A stretch of 56,660 bases of DNA, filler included, from Sphacelaria rigidula (taxonomy: Eukaryota): the NCBI GenBank assembly GCA_964200075.2. It is 7 parts of 7 records of this genome, joined end to end, with 100 filler letters (N's around TTAATTAATTAA, not from the genome) between each part and the next. Parts side by side here need not be neighbours in the genome. Positions count along the whole stretch, not along the records: positions 8,110 to 16,118 come from CAXNAA020012661.1; positions 16,219 to 24,227 come from CAXNAA020012662.1; positions 24,328 to 32,336 come from CAXNAA020012663.1; 4 more parts are not named here. One strand, 5' to 3'. The translations under genes were made by a program, and so were the position numbers. Each line of letters begins with the position of its first letter. Within the stretch, counting starts at the first letter, position 1. Of the stretch, positions 11,998-25,046 are shown piece after piece. The notes beneath the pieces were generated by a model. The model ran no database searches, was not told where the DNA came from, and saw nothing but the letters and a program-made list of their open reading frames with translations.

Positions 11998-12340
11998 TCT
12001 TGCAGTCGATCTGTGGTCCGGTACCTCTGTGTGCGATGCAACACCGTGCAGGAAGGCCAAACTGGTGGGAGTGCTGCTGCTGTACAAGTTGTACCGGTAA
12101 GAAACCAGCAAGTCGGTGGAAGTTCAGCGGAGTTTGTCCGAACATTAGCTTGCGTTTTTTCGCATTTTGTATTGCTATTTTCGAGAATATGGAAAATAAC
12201 CAGCAGCTGTATGCCTAACTTTTGGCTGAGACAAGCGAGGGGCTAGGTTTGTCATCGTGAAGTGACGAAGAACAGGAACGCTGAGCTTTGTTGTCCTTGG
12301 CTGCTATTGGTCTTTACATTGAGGCGGAAGCTGAGAGAAG
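11998..12340. promoter_or_regulatory. Probable bidirectional promoter/5'UTRs between SUMT and RIO2
   Basis: Only 343 bp separate the two divergent ATGs, and no repeat was recognised in the interval. Confidence 0.6.
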
Positions 12341-12412
12341 ATGGTGAAGCTGGATGTGACGTGCATGCGGCATCTGTCCAAGCACGACATCCGAGTGCTC
12401 ACGGCGGTAGAG
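12341..12412 (+). CDS. RIO2: RIO2 kinase, exon 1 (below the ORF-track length cutoff)
   Basis: MVKLDVTCMRHLSKHDIRVLTAVE then a GT donor; joins MGMKNH to give the canonical RIO2 RVLTAVEMGMKNH motif. Confidence 0.9.
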
Positions 12413-13079
12413 GTGACCAAAAAGCACAATAAGATCGATCCACGGACCAATGATGGTCGAACGCGATCCTACCCAGCATGATGCCGCACGATCTGTAGAG
12501 GATCAAATCGCCTGTAATCAACCCCCCCCCAGAGCATATTCGATAACAAAATAGTATAGCATGTAACTCCCAAACATCTGAATCCGCATCGTATTCGTGA
12601 TTTCCGCCATTCTTTCGTTCACGCTCACTCGCAGTTTGCGAGGTCTTATTCGGTGGGTATGGTACGACTACAGATACCACCCCCATACTCGTACAACTAT
12701 TCCGAATTGGAATTTATCGCGTTGGTTAGTTATTTTCCACCCTTTGTCATCAATCGGGATGTGCAGCAAGGGGCCCAACAGTAGTATCGACCGCAGGCCG
12801 AGAGCTGTAGCCTCCTAGTATAGAAAAAAAAATCGTCTATGGGCGAGGCTTAGGAATGGAGGAGGAGACAATGACCCCATTTTTCAGGAATGGGCAACCT
12901 CCGGATACCATGGGTAATGGCGATAGTACGTGATGTACAGACAGTGCGGTAGCCCAACAGCAGCAGGGACCGAGGCAAGTGATACAGTATGCGGATCACG
13001 GCCCAACTCGTCTGTATCGATGAAATATTGCTTCTAGAGCTCAAATCCGTTTCTAGGCTGACCCGGCTCGTATTCCCCT

Positions 13080-13400
13080 CCGTTTTAGCGAGAAAAAAAT
13101 CACTTTGGATTGTCATGGTCCAGGGGTCATGTTTAACGCTTTTGGAACCGTTGATGGAAAAATGATGATTTACAATTGACGTGTTTTTGGGCAAGAGTTT
13201 TTTTTTTGGCAACTGTTGATGATGCAGCTCACCAAGACGGTGTACCACTCTGAATTCAAATATACAAATGTGACAGATTCGTGCACAGAACTAACTCGAA
13301 GTGACGTTTTCCCGGTGACGAAAGCTCGCATGTGGGATTTTGTACTGTTTTTCGCGAGTTTCAAAAGGGTTGATGTCACTCTTCATCACCCTTGTACCCT
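13080..13400 (-). mobile_element. Short piggyBac-type deletion derivative in RIO2 intron 1
   Basis: Reverse complement matches ~3040-3215 and ~5120-5173, and includes CCAAAAGCG|TTAA. Confidence 0.5.
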
Positions 13401-14201
13401 CGTTTATCGTGTGGACCCCTGGTTGGCTGCTGAACGGATGGGATATCTGGCGGGGTTCGTATAGTATTATATTTTGTTTCTATAGAGAGACGACGCGCAC
13501 GTAGAAAAGGCAACTATCATATTATACTGTGGGTTATGGTAATTCGTGTATGAGCCACGAACTGCAGCATACTGCCGTCGCACTGCAATAACCTCAAAAC
13601 CTGGCAGTTATATCAGCGAAAGATAAACTGTTGAGCCAGACCCATGCATGCGCTCGAAGGGTTTTTTGGCTGGGCTTATCCGACAGCTGAGGTCAGAATT
13701 CCTTTCCAGGCAGAAAAAACTGTTCCGAATTCCTGCAAAACTGCAAAATTACGTGCCCCCGCGTCGTGGGTTTTTGCTAGATTTCGGACCTTTACATCAC
13801 CCCGCTGCTATATTTCTTCATTCATCTGAAAGCTGCAACTTTAAACACACGCTCACCCACGACGTTGCACATGGCGAGAGACGTCAATAGTATTCCAAAG
13901 ACACTCTGTATGGGCGTCACAGGTGACTCCGCCGTATACTTCGCACTGTAGAAGTGTTTTGTTTTCCTGGTGTTTTTTTTTGTGATTGTTGAACGTATCG
14001 CCCACCTTGTGTGGTTGTATGGCTGTACATAGCCCCTATTCATGTATATTTGAACTAAACCTAGAGGAAAACATGACCAGTATAGCGAACGGGCTCTGGA
14101 TACGGCATGCCGCTTCGCTTCTGTCTGTACAGCGTCACCAGTCGATGCGCCCGACCGGGTGAATGACGTGTGCTACGCCATGCCGTGTGCGTCCATAACA
14201 G

Positions 14202-14340
14202 ATGGGGATGAAGAACCACGACGTTGTGCCGGTCGAGCTTATCGCGAGCATAGCCAAGCTCAGGCATGGAGGCTCGCACAAGATCTTGTCCACCTTGCTG
14301 ACATTCAAGCTCATCGCTCACGATCGCTCCACCTACGACG
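14202..14340 (+). CDS. RIO2: RIO2 kinase, exon 2 (N-terminal winged helix); remainder off-contig
   Basis: CAG acceptor, MGMKNHDVVPVELIASIAKLRHGGSHKILSTLLTFKLIAHDRSTYD(G), GTAAGC donor. Confidence 0.92.
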
Positions 14341-14693
14341 GTAAGCTTCGCCCCGGCTGTATTTGGCATAAACCTCTCTCTCTCCCTCTCTCGAGCTATG
14401 TAAAGCCCCTCGAGCACAGGCGCACTGGGGACAGTTTCATGACAGTACCATCCGCCGAAAACTTAGTCGCTGTATGTATGCTTGAAAGCCTGAGCGCGCG
14501 TTCGGGAGATGGAGTTGATCACTGACATGTGTTCCCACGCGTGTATCCTTGCAGACAGTTCAGTACACAGTAGGCCATAATAATCGCACTACGTGCGACA
14601 AAAAGGGGTCTCCCGGGACAAAACGGACGAAGAGCGGCAAAGAGTAATACAAACGTCAGGTTCCCTGCAACCGTGTCGCCAACTCTGATGTGC

Positions 14694-14994
14694 GCCGCGG
14701 TCTCTGATCGGTCATCCAGGCACTTGTTGGGTCGTGGGTTCGAAATATCGGTGCAGTCACACGATCTGGAATTTTTACTCCGCACTATGCCCAACTGTGG
14801 AGAGCGACTTTGTCGTGGGTACACGAAAATTTGACTTCACGGTCGACGAGGGAAGGGGAATGCTGAACCCCTCCCGCAATGAAATATAAGGCAAGCACCG
14901 CAGAAGGAAGGTAGAGTTCTTGTGTTGGCCTTCCTCCTGTGTGACCCCGGCTGGTGCGCCCACATATACACACACATACACACGCATTACACAC
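14694..14994 (+). mobile_element. tRNA-derived SINE, diverged and shorter subfamily
   Basis: GGGTCGTGGGTTCGAAAT B box, same body as the other copies, AC tail directly after GCGCCCACATA. Confidence 0.75.
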
Positions 14995-16118
14995 TGATGT
15001 GCTGATTCGGGTCGTGAGCTATTATAGCTCATTTTACCCTTTTTCACATATTTTTCTCCCTGCAAATAGGTGGTGTTTCGGCTTCTGGGACCCTACTGTC
15101 AGGTACTTTTTTGTTTTTGGGCAAGGGACCTGAAATCGCTCTTCGATTAGTTATTTTAGGTGGCTAATGGACTGTCCGATGTGTGATCATTTCACACTTT
15201 CCTGGCACGACAAATATGGCCTGGTGTGGTACCCGTGGGTGGTGTTATGGTAAAACAAAGCTGTTCGGGGTCTGTGAACATGATCATATTTTTGGGAGAA
15301 TGCATGTGTATTTTTCGCTCGAGGTTTGAGAGTTGGGGCCTGACATTGTTGGGAGAGGTGCGAATCGACGGCTTGAAGGCCATAACAAGGGGAGCCTTGA
15401 TATCGTTACTTCCGAATTTAAGGGAGGATACTCGTTTCGGGAGGTCAATCATGTAAACTTAACTCCGTGGTAATAAAAATTGCAAAGTAAAAATCCCCTA
15501 CATTACGTTTGAATGATCAATTGGCATTTCCCTCGAAGTTTGAGGTCTTAACTCCCAAACGTCGATCGAAAAAACCCCGGTGACACGTTTGTTCTTGTCA
15601 CAAGTCGTGGGACCGGCCTGTACCGTAGGCTTTTCTCATTTACTCAGACAAGGAGTGGAGAGTATTCTGGCGAAGATCCATCTATGAACCACTGCCTTTT
15701 CCACCGTACGGCTGACCAACCAAAAAGACAGCATGACGTCAATGAAAGCGCCGGGTGTCTTGGACAAACAAAGCTCGTTAATCGCGCCAGAAATGCGACC
15801 AATCGACTAGTCGTCGGCGTCCCCGCGTCGCTCGCAATACCAAGTGTCGGGGAGGGCCAAGCCAGCGATGGAGAATCAAACACGATTGCTTTTTTGCCGT
15901 CGTTGTCATTTTTTTGTTTTTGTCTGTTAAATGGAGAATGACCCATTATCACGAAAACAGAAAATGAAATCAGAACCGGTGTGTTACTTGAATCAGAATC
16001 GCTACAGTACCTACCCACGGGCAAATCGGTCACCCCCCCCACCTCCCCATCGTGCTCCTTCTCGAAAGGGATGCGTGGTCAATGGTCGAACGAGTACGGC
16101 AAGCAACAAATGAGTACG

Positions 16119-16218
16119 NNNNNNNNNNNNNNNNNNNNNNNNNNNNNNNNNNNNNNNNNNNNTTAATTAATTAANNNNNNNNNNNNNNNNNNNNNNNNNN
16201 NNNNNNNNNNNNNNNNNN
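16119..16218. other. Artificial contig linker
   Basis: N44-TTAATTAATTAA-N44. Confidence 0.98.
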
Positions 16219-16289
16219 CACATATCCCGAAAGGGGTAGACTGGCGTCCAGAATAAATGGGACGACAACACACAACACAACACACACAT
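16219..16289 (+). mobile_element. SINE 3' tail fragment
   Basis: GTAGACTGGCGTCCAGAATAAATGGGACGACAACACACAACACAAC matches the SINE family 3' end. Confidence 0.8.
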
Positions 16290-16574
16290 GCTGCCAATTC
16301 TGCGAGTTATAGAGAGGGGGTTGAAGTACGTGAAAATTGTCGACGTTGGAGAAGGGCCTGCAGCGTAGGCATGAATGGGCGCCAGTTAGGCGTGGGCGCT
16401 TCCGTTTTTTTCTTGAAAAGATGACGGTTCTAAGCAAAATATTCACAGCAATCTCGTACCATGGTTGAGCGTGTGTGTGCTATGACACGCCCCTTCTTCA
16501 TCGCTCTATTGCAGATGCTAAAACTACAAGTGTAGTGTCAGCATGATAACCTCTGCACCCATCACGGCGCCGCT

Positions 16575-19500
16575 TTCCGCTACGGTTTCCGCCGATGATT
16601 TTGGTAGCGGCCCGCTTGTAAGGAACAGTATTTTGGGCCCGGGTTCAGAACCTCATTTGGCGCGGGATCTTCAAGTGAATTTCTCATTTGTTTTCTCGGT
16701 TCTCCGGATGAAGGTATCACGAAAAGTCGGCGGTCTCTCGTTTTTTAGCTCCTCATCAGAAGTCGGTCCCGCAGCGAACCTATTTTGTATATTTGACAGG
16801 GGCCATGGTCATATCAAACAGTCGTGCAAAATGGGTAGTGAACCATACTATAAATGATTTCAAAATTCACCGAAACGCGCTCGAAGCCTTTCGAAAGCAT
16901 CGACTCGCGTGTATAACGCGTTTACCAAGTGCGCATGCTGAGCACCGATAACGTATCACTTTTTTTATGTCAACTGAAGACGAATACAAGACATGTAACG
17001 AATCAACTAACATCTAGACCGTAGCATATTTCCCATGGCTCTTCGTTCCCAAGAACTTCCTTCAAGTGACATTCTACTCAAGCTTAGTCTATCAACACTG
17101 CCGCATCTCTGCGCACCTTCAACTTCACCAAGCTAACTTGAGCCATATCGGAGGCAGCCATGGCCCCACCCTGCTTGTGTGTTGCTGGTGCGCGCCCCCA
17201 AAGTCCGAACGTTTGTTCTGTTCCAGAACAGTTTTTTTTCTCAGACCGGCGATGGTGTAAGGTTTTCTCAGATTCACAGAGCGGGGAAAGAGCGAGAGGA
17301 ATGCCGTTTCTCATCCAAGCCTGTGATCTTTCAGGGTTACAGTCTCCCGAGGGATTGGTTCCTTCGTGATGCGGTTGTGATTTCTTATCTTGTGAAACAA
17401 CGATAGCTCCCCTCAGAAGTAAAGGACTCGAGGAGGCAAAATCTACATGCGAATCAAAATGGCAATTGCCAATCACAACAGGCAGCTGAGAAGTCCCACC
17501 CTTGGGACTGTTTTTGCTAGTGTCGCCCATATGAGCTGCTTCATGCACTCTGAAACCAGCTGTCAAGAGCTGCATGGCCATTTTCTTCCTGACAGTTTGA
17601 AGGCTGGTGTGGTGGGGTGCTATCGCAGCATTAGTCAAGAGCTTGCGTTCTCCAGTCCAATGTCTTACGTAATCCGAACCCTCTAGCCTGGGCGTCCTAG
17701 TAAGGAATTTCTGCTACCAGGCCGCTACTGCTGTAGTCACTGCGTGTTTCATGTCAAACCACATTTTTTTATTCAGGAGTCGTCTTATAATCTATAATAA
17801 TCTTTCCGAGCTCCCCACAAGTTCGTCTAACTGAAGTCGAGCTAGAGACCTGGGCACTGAAGGGATCCCAATACACTTGATTAAAAACCTTGAATACAGT
17901 AGCAGAGGTGTTCCGAAATCGACCGTTGTCACGGCCCAACAACGGTATGATGGTCTCCCTCAGCGTTACACTGTACGCGACGGGGTTTGAAGGCCCTTAC
18001 TGCACGATCACTCTCTAGGAATGAGTAGCGTATCCTACCATTTTTCTTGAAATATTTCCTCGCGCATTAAAAATGCTGCAGAAGTAGCGACCTTCAGTCT
18101 ACGGCTGACAAGCATGTCTAGCATCAAAATTAAAAATGAACCCCTCAGTGTACATGCTCTAGCTGTTCATATAACAAAATAGACCCATTCCCGACTTGGA
18201 GCACATTATCATGATCTCTGTTCACTCAGTGCACGCTAGAGTCAGTTTAGTTAAATGCAGCCAGCCACAAGAACAGAACGAATGGTGCCAACCATGCCAA
18301 TAAAACCGCCCAGCGCAGCCCTTCCCTCCCACCCTCTCCGCTTCCACGACGCCGAATAACAAAAACAGCGAATCGTTACTCAACGGGCGTGCGAGGTTTG
18401 TAAAGGCTCTGGTTTGGTGACCACAACACGAACCGGGGGAAAGTTGGCGCAACCTCGAAAATGCTATGCCTGTGGCGGCTTCCTTCCTTGGGAGAACTGG
18501 GGACGGTTTTGGCAGTCCAATATGGATGTCGGCAACGGCGGGGTATTGCAACGTCCAGCTAGCGACTACGAGGAGCTCAACAAGGCAAGTACTTGTTGAA
18601 GAAATAATTCCTTCGAAGATGGCCATGATCGTTAGAGATACTCGATATACATGTACTTACTCCAGGTGCGCTTTGCCCGGGGCAGGACACTCAACTCACC
18701 CGCGATCCACCAGTGCAAGGCCTTCTCACGCTTCACGCAATGCGAAGACACGAGGCTGAGAAGCTGTCCGACATTCTGCTGTGTGTACACACTGGACATG
18801 TCGCAGAATTGGCGCTGGTGGCTATTAGGCTTCCCACGTTGTGTGTGAGAGGTGGATAGTGAAGGTACTTGTATTGATGGATCCCGGAGAAGAGGCGGCA
18901 AGGTGCACCGCACTCCATGTGTGCCAGATATACGGTCACCAATTCACAGTACGAATCGTAACCAGACATACTGCACTTTCAGTTACACCGCAATCTTCCA
19001 AGCTATGCCTCTGGACAAGACAAGAATAAAACATATGTCCTCGCGTCAGTACAATATCGGCTGGGATTCAAAATATTCGGCCGGTTCGTCCACTGCAACG
19101 TTCAGGAGCTGGAATTTTGGAGTAAACCAACCCACCGCGGAAATTTTGGAGGCCATGACTGAAAACCCCGCAACAAAATGCATAGCGCGGATATGGATTC
19201 GAATAATCGAAGCACGGAACGCCAAGAGCCAATACTTGCGAAACATACACCTTTCTTAATACCCTCCGATGGCGACCTCCGAGTTTTTGCCGTGTGGCTA
19301 TCCTCAAGACTTGAGCTTCCAACTACTAGAAACGGTATTAAACGACGTGCTTTTGTACTTCTCTCACGTATGCCCTATTCCTCTACTAGAACCTACATAA
19401 TCTCGGCCGGCTTTGCTTATTCCTTAACCTGTAAACAAGAACGAGTTGAGGGCCAACACGATTATCGCGTTGTTTCTTATATTTCCGACAATGTACATAC

Positions 19501-19965
19501 CGATTCTAGGGGCAATCGGAGGCAAGAATCCAGCATGAGCGCCACTGCAGGAATATTTCAATGAAATGCCCGATAAGAATGCAGCTAGTAGCTCTCGTGG
19601 GCGTCGTAGGATAGTTTGAAATCTTCGATGTTTCTGACGGTCGAGCAGCATGTGTGGTACACTCCAGGATGCTTTTGGAGTAAACCCCACTTCTGTGGTA
19701 CTTTTCGCAGCGGGTCACGATGATTTGCCTAGCTTGTACCCAACACCGGAGGAGTGACCGTCTGTCCTGAGCTTCCAATTGTGATATTTTCGTCTTCCTT
19801 CGAAACCCTTCCTTTCCTCGGCACAAATCTGTAGTCTGAATGGACCAACCCGTCTTTTCCTCGGCACCTGTGCTGTAGACGATTCGATCAGCACCGTCGA
19901 CTCTCATCTAGCTTTACTTTTCTACTCGCGTCCTCACGCTTCCGACGACGGAACCGTAGTCTGCT
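16575..19965 (+). mobile_element. Decayed TIR transposon with a Zator/TP36-like transposase pseudogene
   Basis: Three colinear degenerate inverted matches between ~16580-16780 and ~19700-19960. Plus-strand fragments VTLYATGFEG (~17965) and HEPGESWRNLENAMPVAASFLG (~18427) resemble Zator/TP36 core motifs. Many stops and frameshifts. Confidence 0.4.
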
Positions 19966-22333
19966 TGAAAAGGTCATACCTGTCGTGAATCGAATCCGTA
20001 ACGTTGCGCCGTACCTAGCTATGTGGTTTACCCGATGAACCGCTGGGGCTCGCCGGAATCACGAGCGTGAAATTGCAAGTCAAATTGATACGGCTGTCAT
20101 TGGTGCACCATGGCAAGCAAACTCGGTAATTTTGTGTCATGGTTAGTCGTGTAGTACCATGACGGTACATACAGTGTGTGCATGGAAGCCACTTCCGAAT
20201 TATGCACGTAACGTTGAGCTTTGTGATGTCCGGCATGAGCAGCCGATGCTCGATGATTCTGGCCCACACATTCGGCACGCTTAACGGGAGATATGTTGAA
20301 TACAAGCGGCCCTCCACACACGTTTCTCCGTGCACCTTTACATGATAAACCGAGAACTTGAGTCCACCATGGGCACTGCAGCTGCGGCATGCCAAACGTA
20401 TTTGGAAATACCGGGCCAGCTCATGTTACACTGCGTTGTCTCCTTGTTGTTGTCGTCGTCGTTGTTGTTTGTGACGATGATGGTGACGATGACGATTGGC
20501 ATTTTCTCACGTAGCTTCGATTGTGCCCCTGCCCTTGCTTGATGTTCATCGTTGCGTGCACCCAGGCGGCTAGGGCAGCCAAGGATCAACGAACAGCGGG
20601 CACATCAGACGAATAGATTCCATCGTGATTCGGGCAACTGCAGCGGCCACCCGAGATTCATTGACTATTTGCACCGTCGTCGAAAGCGAGACCCACCAGC
20701 AAGGGTTTCCGCCCGGGTCTCGTGAACGCCTCGTTTTGTACGTTCAATTGGCCTGATTCATTGTCCTACATTAACCTATCCCCAAGGGATCCAGCCGTGG
20801 TTACAAGATATACATACCCCGGGTGAAAAACAAAACAGAAACACTCGCTAACGGGAAATTGAGACAGGGGGGAAAGGTGAAAGAAAGTGTGGGGAGGGAA
20901 CATCGAACGGAGTAATCTGAACAGCAACAAGGGGTAATTATGTTGGAGAATGTGCATACCAGACAGGGAAGAGAATGGCAAGTAGAATGAGAACACGAAT
21001 AGCCGGTCCCGATAGGGGTAGCCAAAGTGATGACAGAAGAATGGAGTAAAAGAGCAACGTCGAGGAAATGATCAGCCCCTCCAGCATGGCTTCAGATGAA
21101 GAAGTTGTGCGAAAAAAAGAGGAAGGAACACTGAACCCTATCTGGTACACATGAAAAATGGCGGTCCAAAAGACTAGAGTCAACGGCTACTACTGAAGAC
21201 ATGGATACTCTGCTCGGTGATTGCAACAGATCCATCGGGGTGACGTCGGTTATCAGTGAAGATCTCCTCGAAAAAGGGGATTCGAAATCGCGGTGAGGTT
21301 CAACCCACCTTTGGATTCTGGACATTGATGCCGAGTAGTTTGCAAAACAAGAGCAATTTCCTGCAGTTTGTTTTCTGTTATAAGCTGAGCACGTGTGGCT
21401 AGGTGCACCCATTTCATGCGGTGTATACGTGGGTCGATGACGATATCACCGGAGGAGCAATGGTGGAGAGGAAGCTCGTCGCCCGTGTCTTTTGTATGTC
21501 CTCGTTCGACGATTCCCAATCGCTGGAGAGAGTGACATCAGAAAACCACCAAATACCCAATTTTCTAGCCATTTCGCCTGCACAAGAACGCCAGGCGATT
21601 AGTTATACAGTTCGAAACAAAATATACGGTTGCCGCATCTTGACCGATGTATTCGTGTCTTGCCTGTGGCTCTGAGCAGTACAAGGATCAATTTCTTCCT
21701 TCCTCTCTCTTTGGACGGGACGTGCCTCTGTGCGCTACAGAGCACGTTGAAAAACAAGGCTATCCTCTTGTCATACACACGTGCGAGCAATGACCGTTGC
21801 GCGAAGGTCCTGTCACGTGTGAGGGGTGTTATCGTTTGGTTTGGGCTACGGTTGGTACAAGGACAGTCGTACACATCCGGGTTGAGGAAAAGTAGAAGAG
21901 AACCCACCACCATGGAGACTTTCTTGGCATGCAGAGTGAAGCAAGATACCTCTAGCGGTGACTTAGCGGCTGCTGGCGTGGCCCACATGAGGGCTGGCAT
22001 ACTGTGATGTGTGAGCTGCAGCTTACGTGATTGCTGTCGATGTACACCGCACTGTGATGAGGAGGGATGCTGCCTTCAATTATTTTACTTTGCGGAGGTC
22101 ATCACATGCTTTTGCTTGGACTGAGATATGGTTCCATCGGGAGCAAGAGCGTTCTCGCAACATGCACCCCACGCTGTCGACCGCTGCCAAAAACGTCTTC
22201 CCTTAGATGGATTGGGTTAGCTTCAAAGGAGCGCTGAGAGAAGGCCAGACAAAATATTGTCACTGACTGACTGTAGGGAAAGCGTTTCTGTTTTCGGGAA
22301 CAAAAGGACATGTTCGTGAGATTGGCAACAGTT

Positions 22334-22679
22334 TTTTCTCGGAACAGGAGGTTTTTCGTGATTGACACAAAGACGGTCGAATCGTCCGAAACGGCCTTCA
22401 CCCCCCTGAGAGCCCGTGATCTGACGGGAATTATTTTGCGATGCAAGAAGATTTTAAGTCAGCGTAATAAGTGTAGAGTTATAAAGAAAAATGTTTGAAA
22501 AAAAAGGAAGAAGGTTTTGTACATTTTTGGCCGTATCTCATGGACGATGTCACCGATTTCAAATCTGAGTGCATCAAAATTTCCGTCAGATCACGGGCTT
22601 TCAGGAGGGTGACGGCCATTTCGGACGATTCGACCGTCTTCGTGCAAAATCACGAAAGCCTCCTCTGTCAAAGAGAAAA
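22334..22679. repeat. Inverted repeat (MITE-like), ~100-130-bp arms
   Basis: AAGACGGTCGAATCGTCCGAAA...AGCCCGTGATCTGACGG vs CCGTCAGATCACGGGCT...TTTCGGACGATTCGACCGTCTT. Confidence 0.85.
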
Positions 22680-23755
22680 TCCATTCCTGGAACAAGGTTC
22701 ACAGGTTCCGACGGAAGCCGATGTCCTCGGTTTCTGTCAGGCGCCAACAAGACGATGCCACAGTTTTGTCAAACAAATATATGGACATGATGTATGGGGA
22801 TTTACGTAGGAAATTTTCGAAGTGCACCTGTTCGTGTTCGGAATAATAGTGAACTCGTTGTTGAAACGCTTTATGAGTGTGAAAATGAGAAATTCCATCG
22901 ATAGAAAACTACCTGTCCATGTCGATTTTCCCCAGAGCCCGACAAAGCGCTGTGGAATTGATTTCTTGACACCTGAAGCCGAGGACAGGGCACTCTGTCA
23001 GCTTTTCGTAGCCGTTTGGAAGCAGCGAAGATGGGTAGAATATTAGAAGCTGTTTGTTTTCTCTTTGGGTGGCATTGTGTTATGAGCAGATGGCTTGTTA
23101 GCTTGATCTCTACATGAACGCTGTGGAAACGCGAATTCAGGCTAACGAGACATACCGCAGAATGAGGCGCGACTGCATGCGAGCAAACGATTACCCGTGC
23201 ACTACAGTTCTTTTCGAATCTAAACAACTTTTCAAATTAGTCAGGATAGATATCACCAGTGTCCAGCACAGAGAGAAATCGAACCCAAGAGCGGAACAGC
23301 AAGTTCTGAACGTCAGGGAGTCTTTAGGATAGCTTCGACGGTCTAATTTTCTTTCTTCGTGTTGGTGGCGCTGAGGATCAAAACGACGTCACGAATTCTC
23401 GTCACAGAGGTGTTTCGACCAGTTCGCGAATGGATTATACCAATTCCAATTTCACAAAGTGAATTTGGTATCTGCTGAGGGTAAAATATTGACTAACCGG
23501 TTCTGGGACTTGATTTATGCGGCTTGATTCTTGCGACATTCGTTTTGGTAGATTTTTCCACTCTAAAACCCCTATTGATTTCGGATATTTGGGGATAACT
23601 TTGCCAAACAGAAACCAAACGCATCTTGCTCCAAGGGGCACCTGGACACACAGCAGTTGCTGCTGCCCACCTAGTACCATCCTCCAGATCGAGTCTCGAG
23701 TGAGAACCCCCAGCGTTTGGTGCTCATGTACAAGGATGATCAACATCTAGTATCA

Positions 23756-24129
23756 AACACGGGATCTTACAAATTGGGGATGGGTCTTTTATTGGGCATG
23801 AGAAACCCGGAGAATTAAAATCTCTGTATGCACACCAAATCTTTGAAGTATGGTTCCATTTCTTCAACTACTGCTAGCTATTGACAACTGCTACACGCGA
23901 TAGAGATTTGGATTTCGATCACCGGAATTTTGGGGTCCTCGGTGAAAAATCAATTTCGGGACCATTTTGGCGTCCGTTCGGACACCCGAAATTCCCCAAA
24001 ATTGGTTTTTCACCTAGGTCCCCAACATTTCGATGATCGAAATCCAAATTCCTATGGCGTGTAGCACTTGTCAATAGCTATCAGTAGGTGAAAAATGGAA
24101 CCATGTTTCGAAGATTTGGTGTGGATACG
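23756..24129. mobile_element. Palindromic MITE (AACACGGG family), right end truncated
   Basis: Left end as at 48690. Arms ~23830-23920 / ~24037-24129 with a second inner inverted repeat. Confidence 0.85.
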
Positions 24130-24227
24130 AGAGTCATCCTACGATAGGGGGGGGGGGGCGTACGATAGGGGGGGGGGGGGATTTGGTTGCACGAAAAAAG
24201 GCGGTGCGCGGGGTGGGGAGCGAACTG

Positions 24228-24327
24228 NNNNNNNNNNNNNNNNNNNNNNNNNNNNNNNNNNNNNNNNNNNNTTAATTAATTAANNNNNNNNNNNNNNNNN
24301 NNNNNNNNNNNNNNNNNNNNNNNNNNN
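24228..24327. other. Artificial contig linker
   Basis: N44-TTAATTAATTAA-N44. Confidence 0.98.
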
Positions 24328-24333
24328 TTCATA

Positions 24334-24480
24334 TTGGCGACATTGGCTAGAACGAACCCAAGCGTGGGAATTCCCAGCTTCTCGTTGTGCTCGGCCTCTC
24401 CCATTTCGATTTACGTCAAGATTTTGCCTCCCGAAACCGTGCACTTTTTGGGGTGGTTTGGGGGGGCTATCGTAGAAAGT
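24334..24480. mobile_element. End of a repeat family also found at 40546-40690 and, inverted, at ~40398-40444
   Basis: TTGGCGACATTGGCTAGAACGAACCCAAGCGTGGGAATTCCCAGC...GGGGGCTATCGTAGAAAGT shared by the copies. Confidence 0.75.
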
Positions 24481-24511
24481 AGTGTCCGAAGTTGTCTGAG
24501 GGCGTGTCTTA

Positions 24512-24692
24512 GGCCAACTCTTATTATGGGAGCGTTTAGAAATTGATTTTTCAATAATTTTCAACGACTTTTCGTTCCTTCTTTGCCGTAGTTGTGTATT
24601 TTGTGCCCGTTCACCATGATGACAAAGAAAGAAGAAAAATCCTCTGAAATTGTTGCAAAATAAAATATCAAACGCTCCCCTAAGAGTTGGTC
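24512..24692. mobile_element. PIF/Harbinger (Tourist-like) MITE
   Basis: TTA|GGCCAACTCTTA...TAAGAGTTGGTC|TTA; 3-bp TTA TSD and ~30-bp imperfect TIR. Confidence 0.7.
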
Positions 24693-24706
24693 TTAGCACA
24701 CATGGG

Positions 24707-25046
24707 TTTTCGATCGAAAAAGTGCGGTGGAAAACAAAAATCCTGATCTGATAGGTGGAAATTTCAACCATCGTCGTGTATTTTGAAGATGGTTGAAATC
24801 ATGAGCTATGAGATCAGGATTTTTGTTTTCCACCCCACATTTTCGATCGAAAAAAAAGTGCGAAGACAGGCCCTGAGGCAGTGTCTTATCTCAGCATTAC
24901 TTTTCGATCGAAATTGTGTGGTGGAAAACAAAAATCCCGATGTGATATGTCGTAATGCCAACCGTCGTCGAAAAGTTTGAAGATGGTTGGATTACAGCCT
25001 ATCAGATCGAGATTTTTGTTTTCCACCGCACTATTTCGATCGAAAA
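24707..25046. repeat. Two tandem ~145-bp hairpin units bounded by TTTCGATCGAAA palindromes
   Basis: Units ~24707-24852 and ~24901-25046, each GGTGGAAAACAAAAATCC...GATTTTTGTTTTCCACC. Confidence 0.8.
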
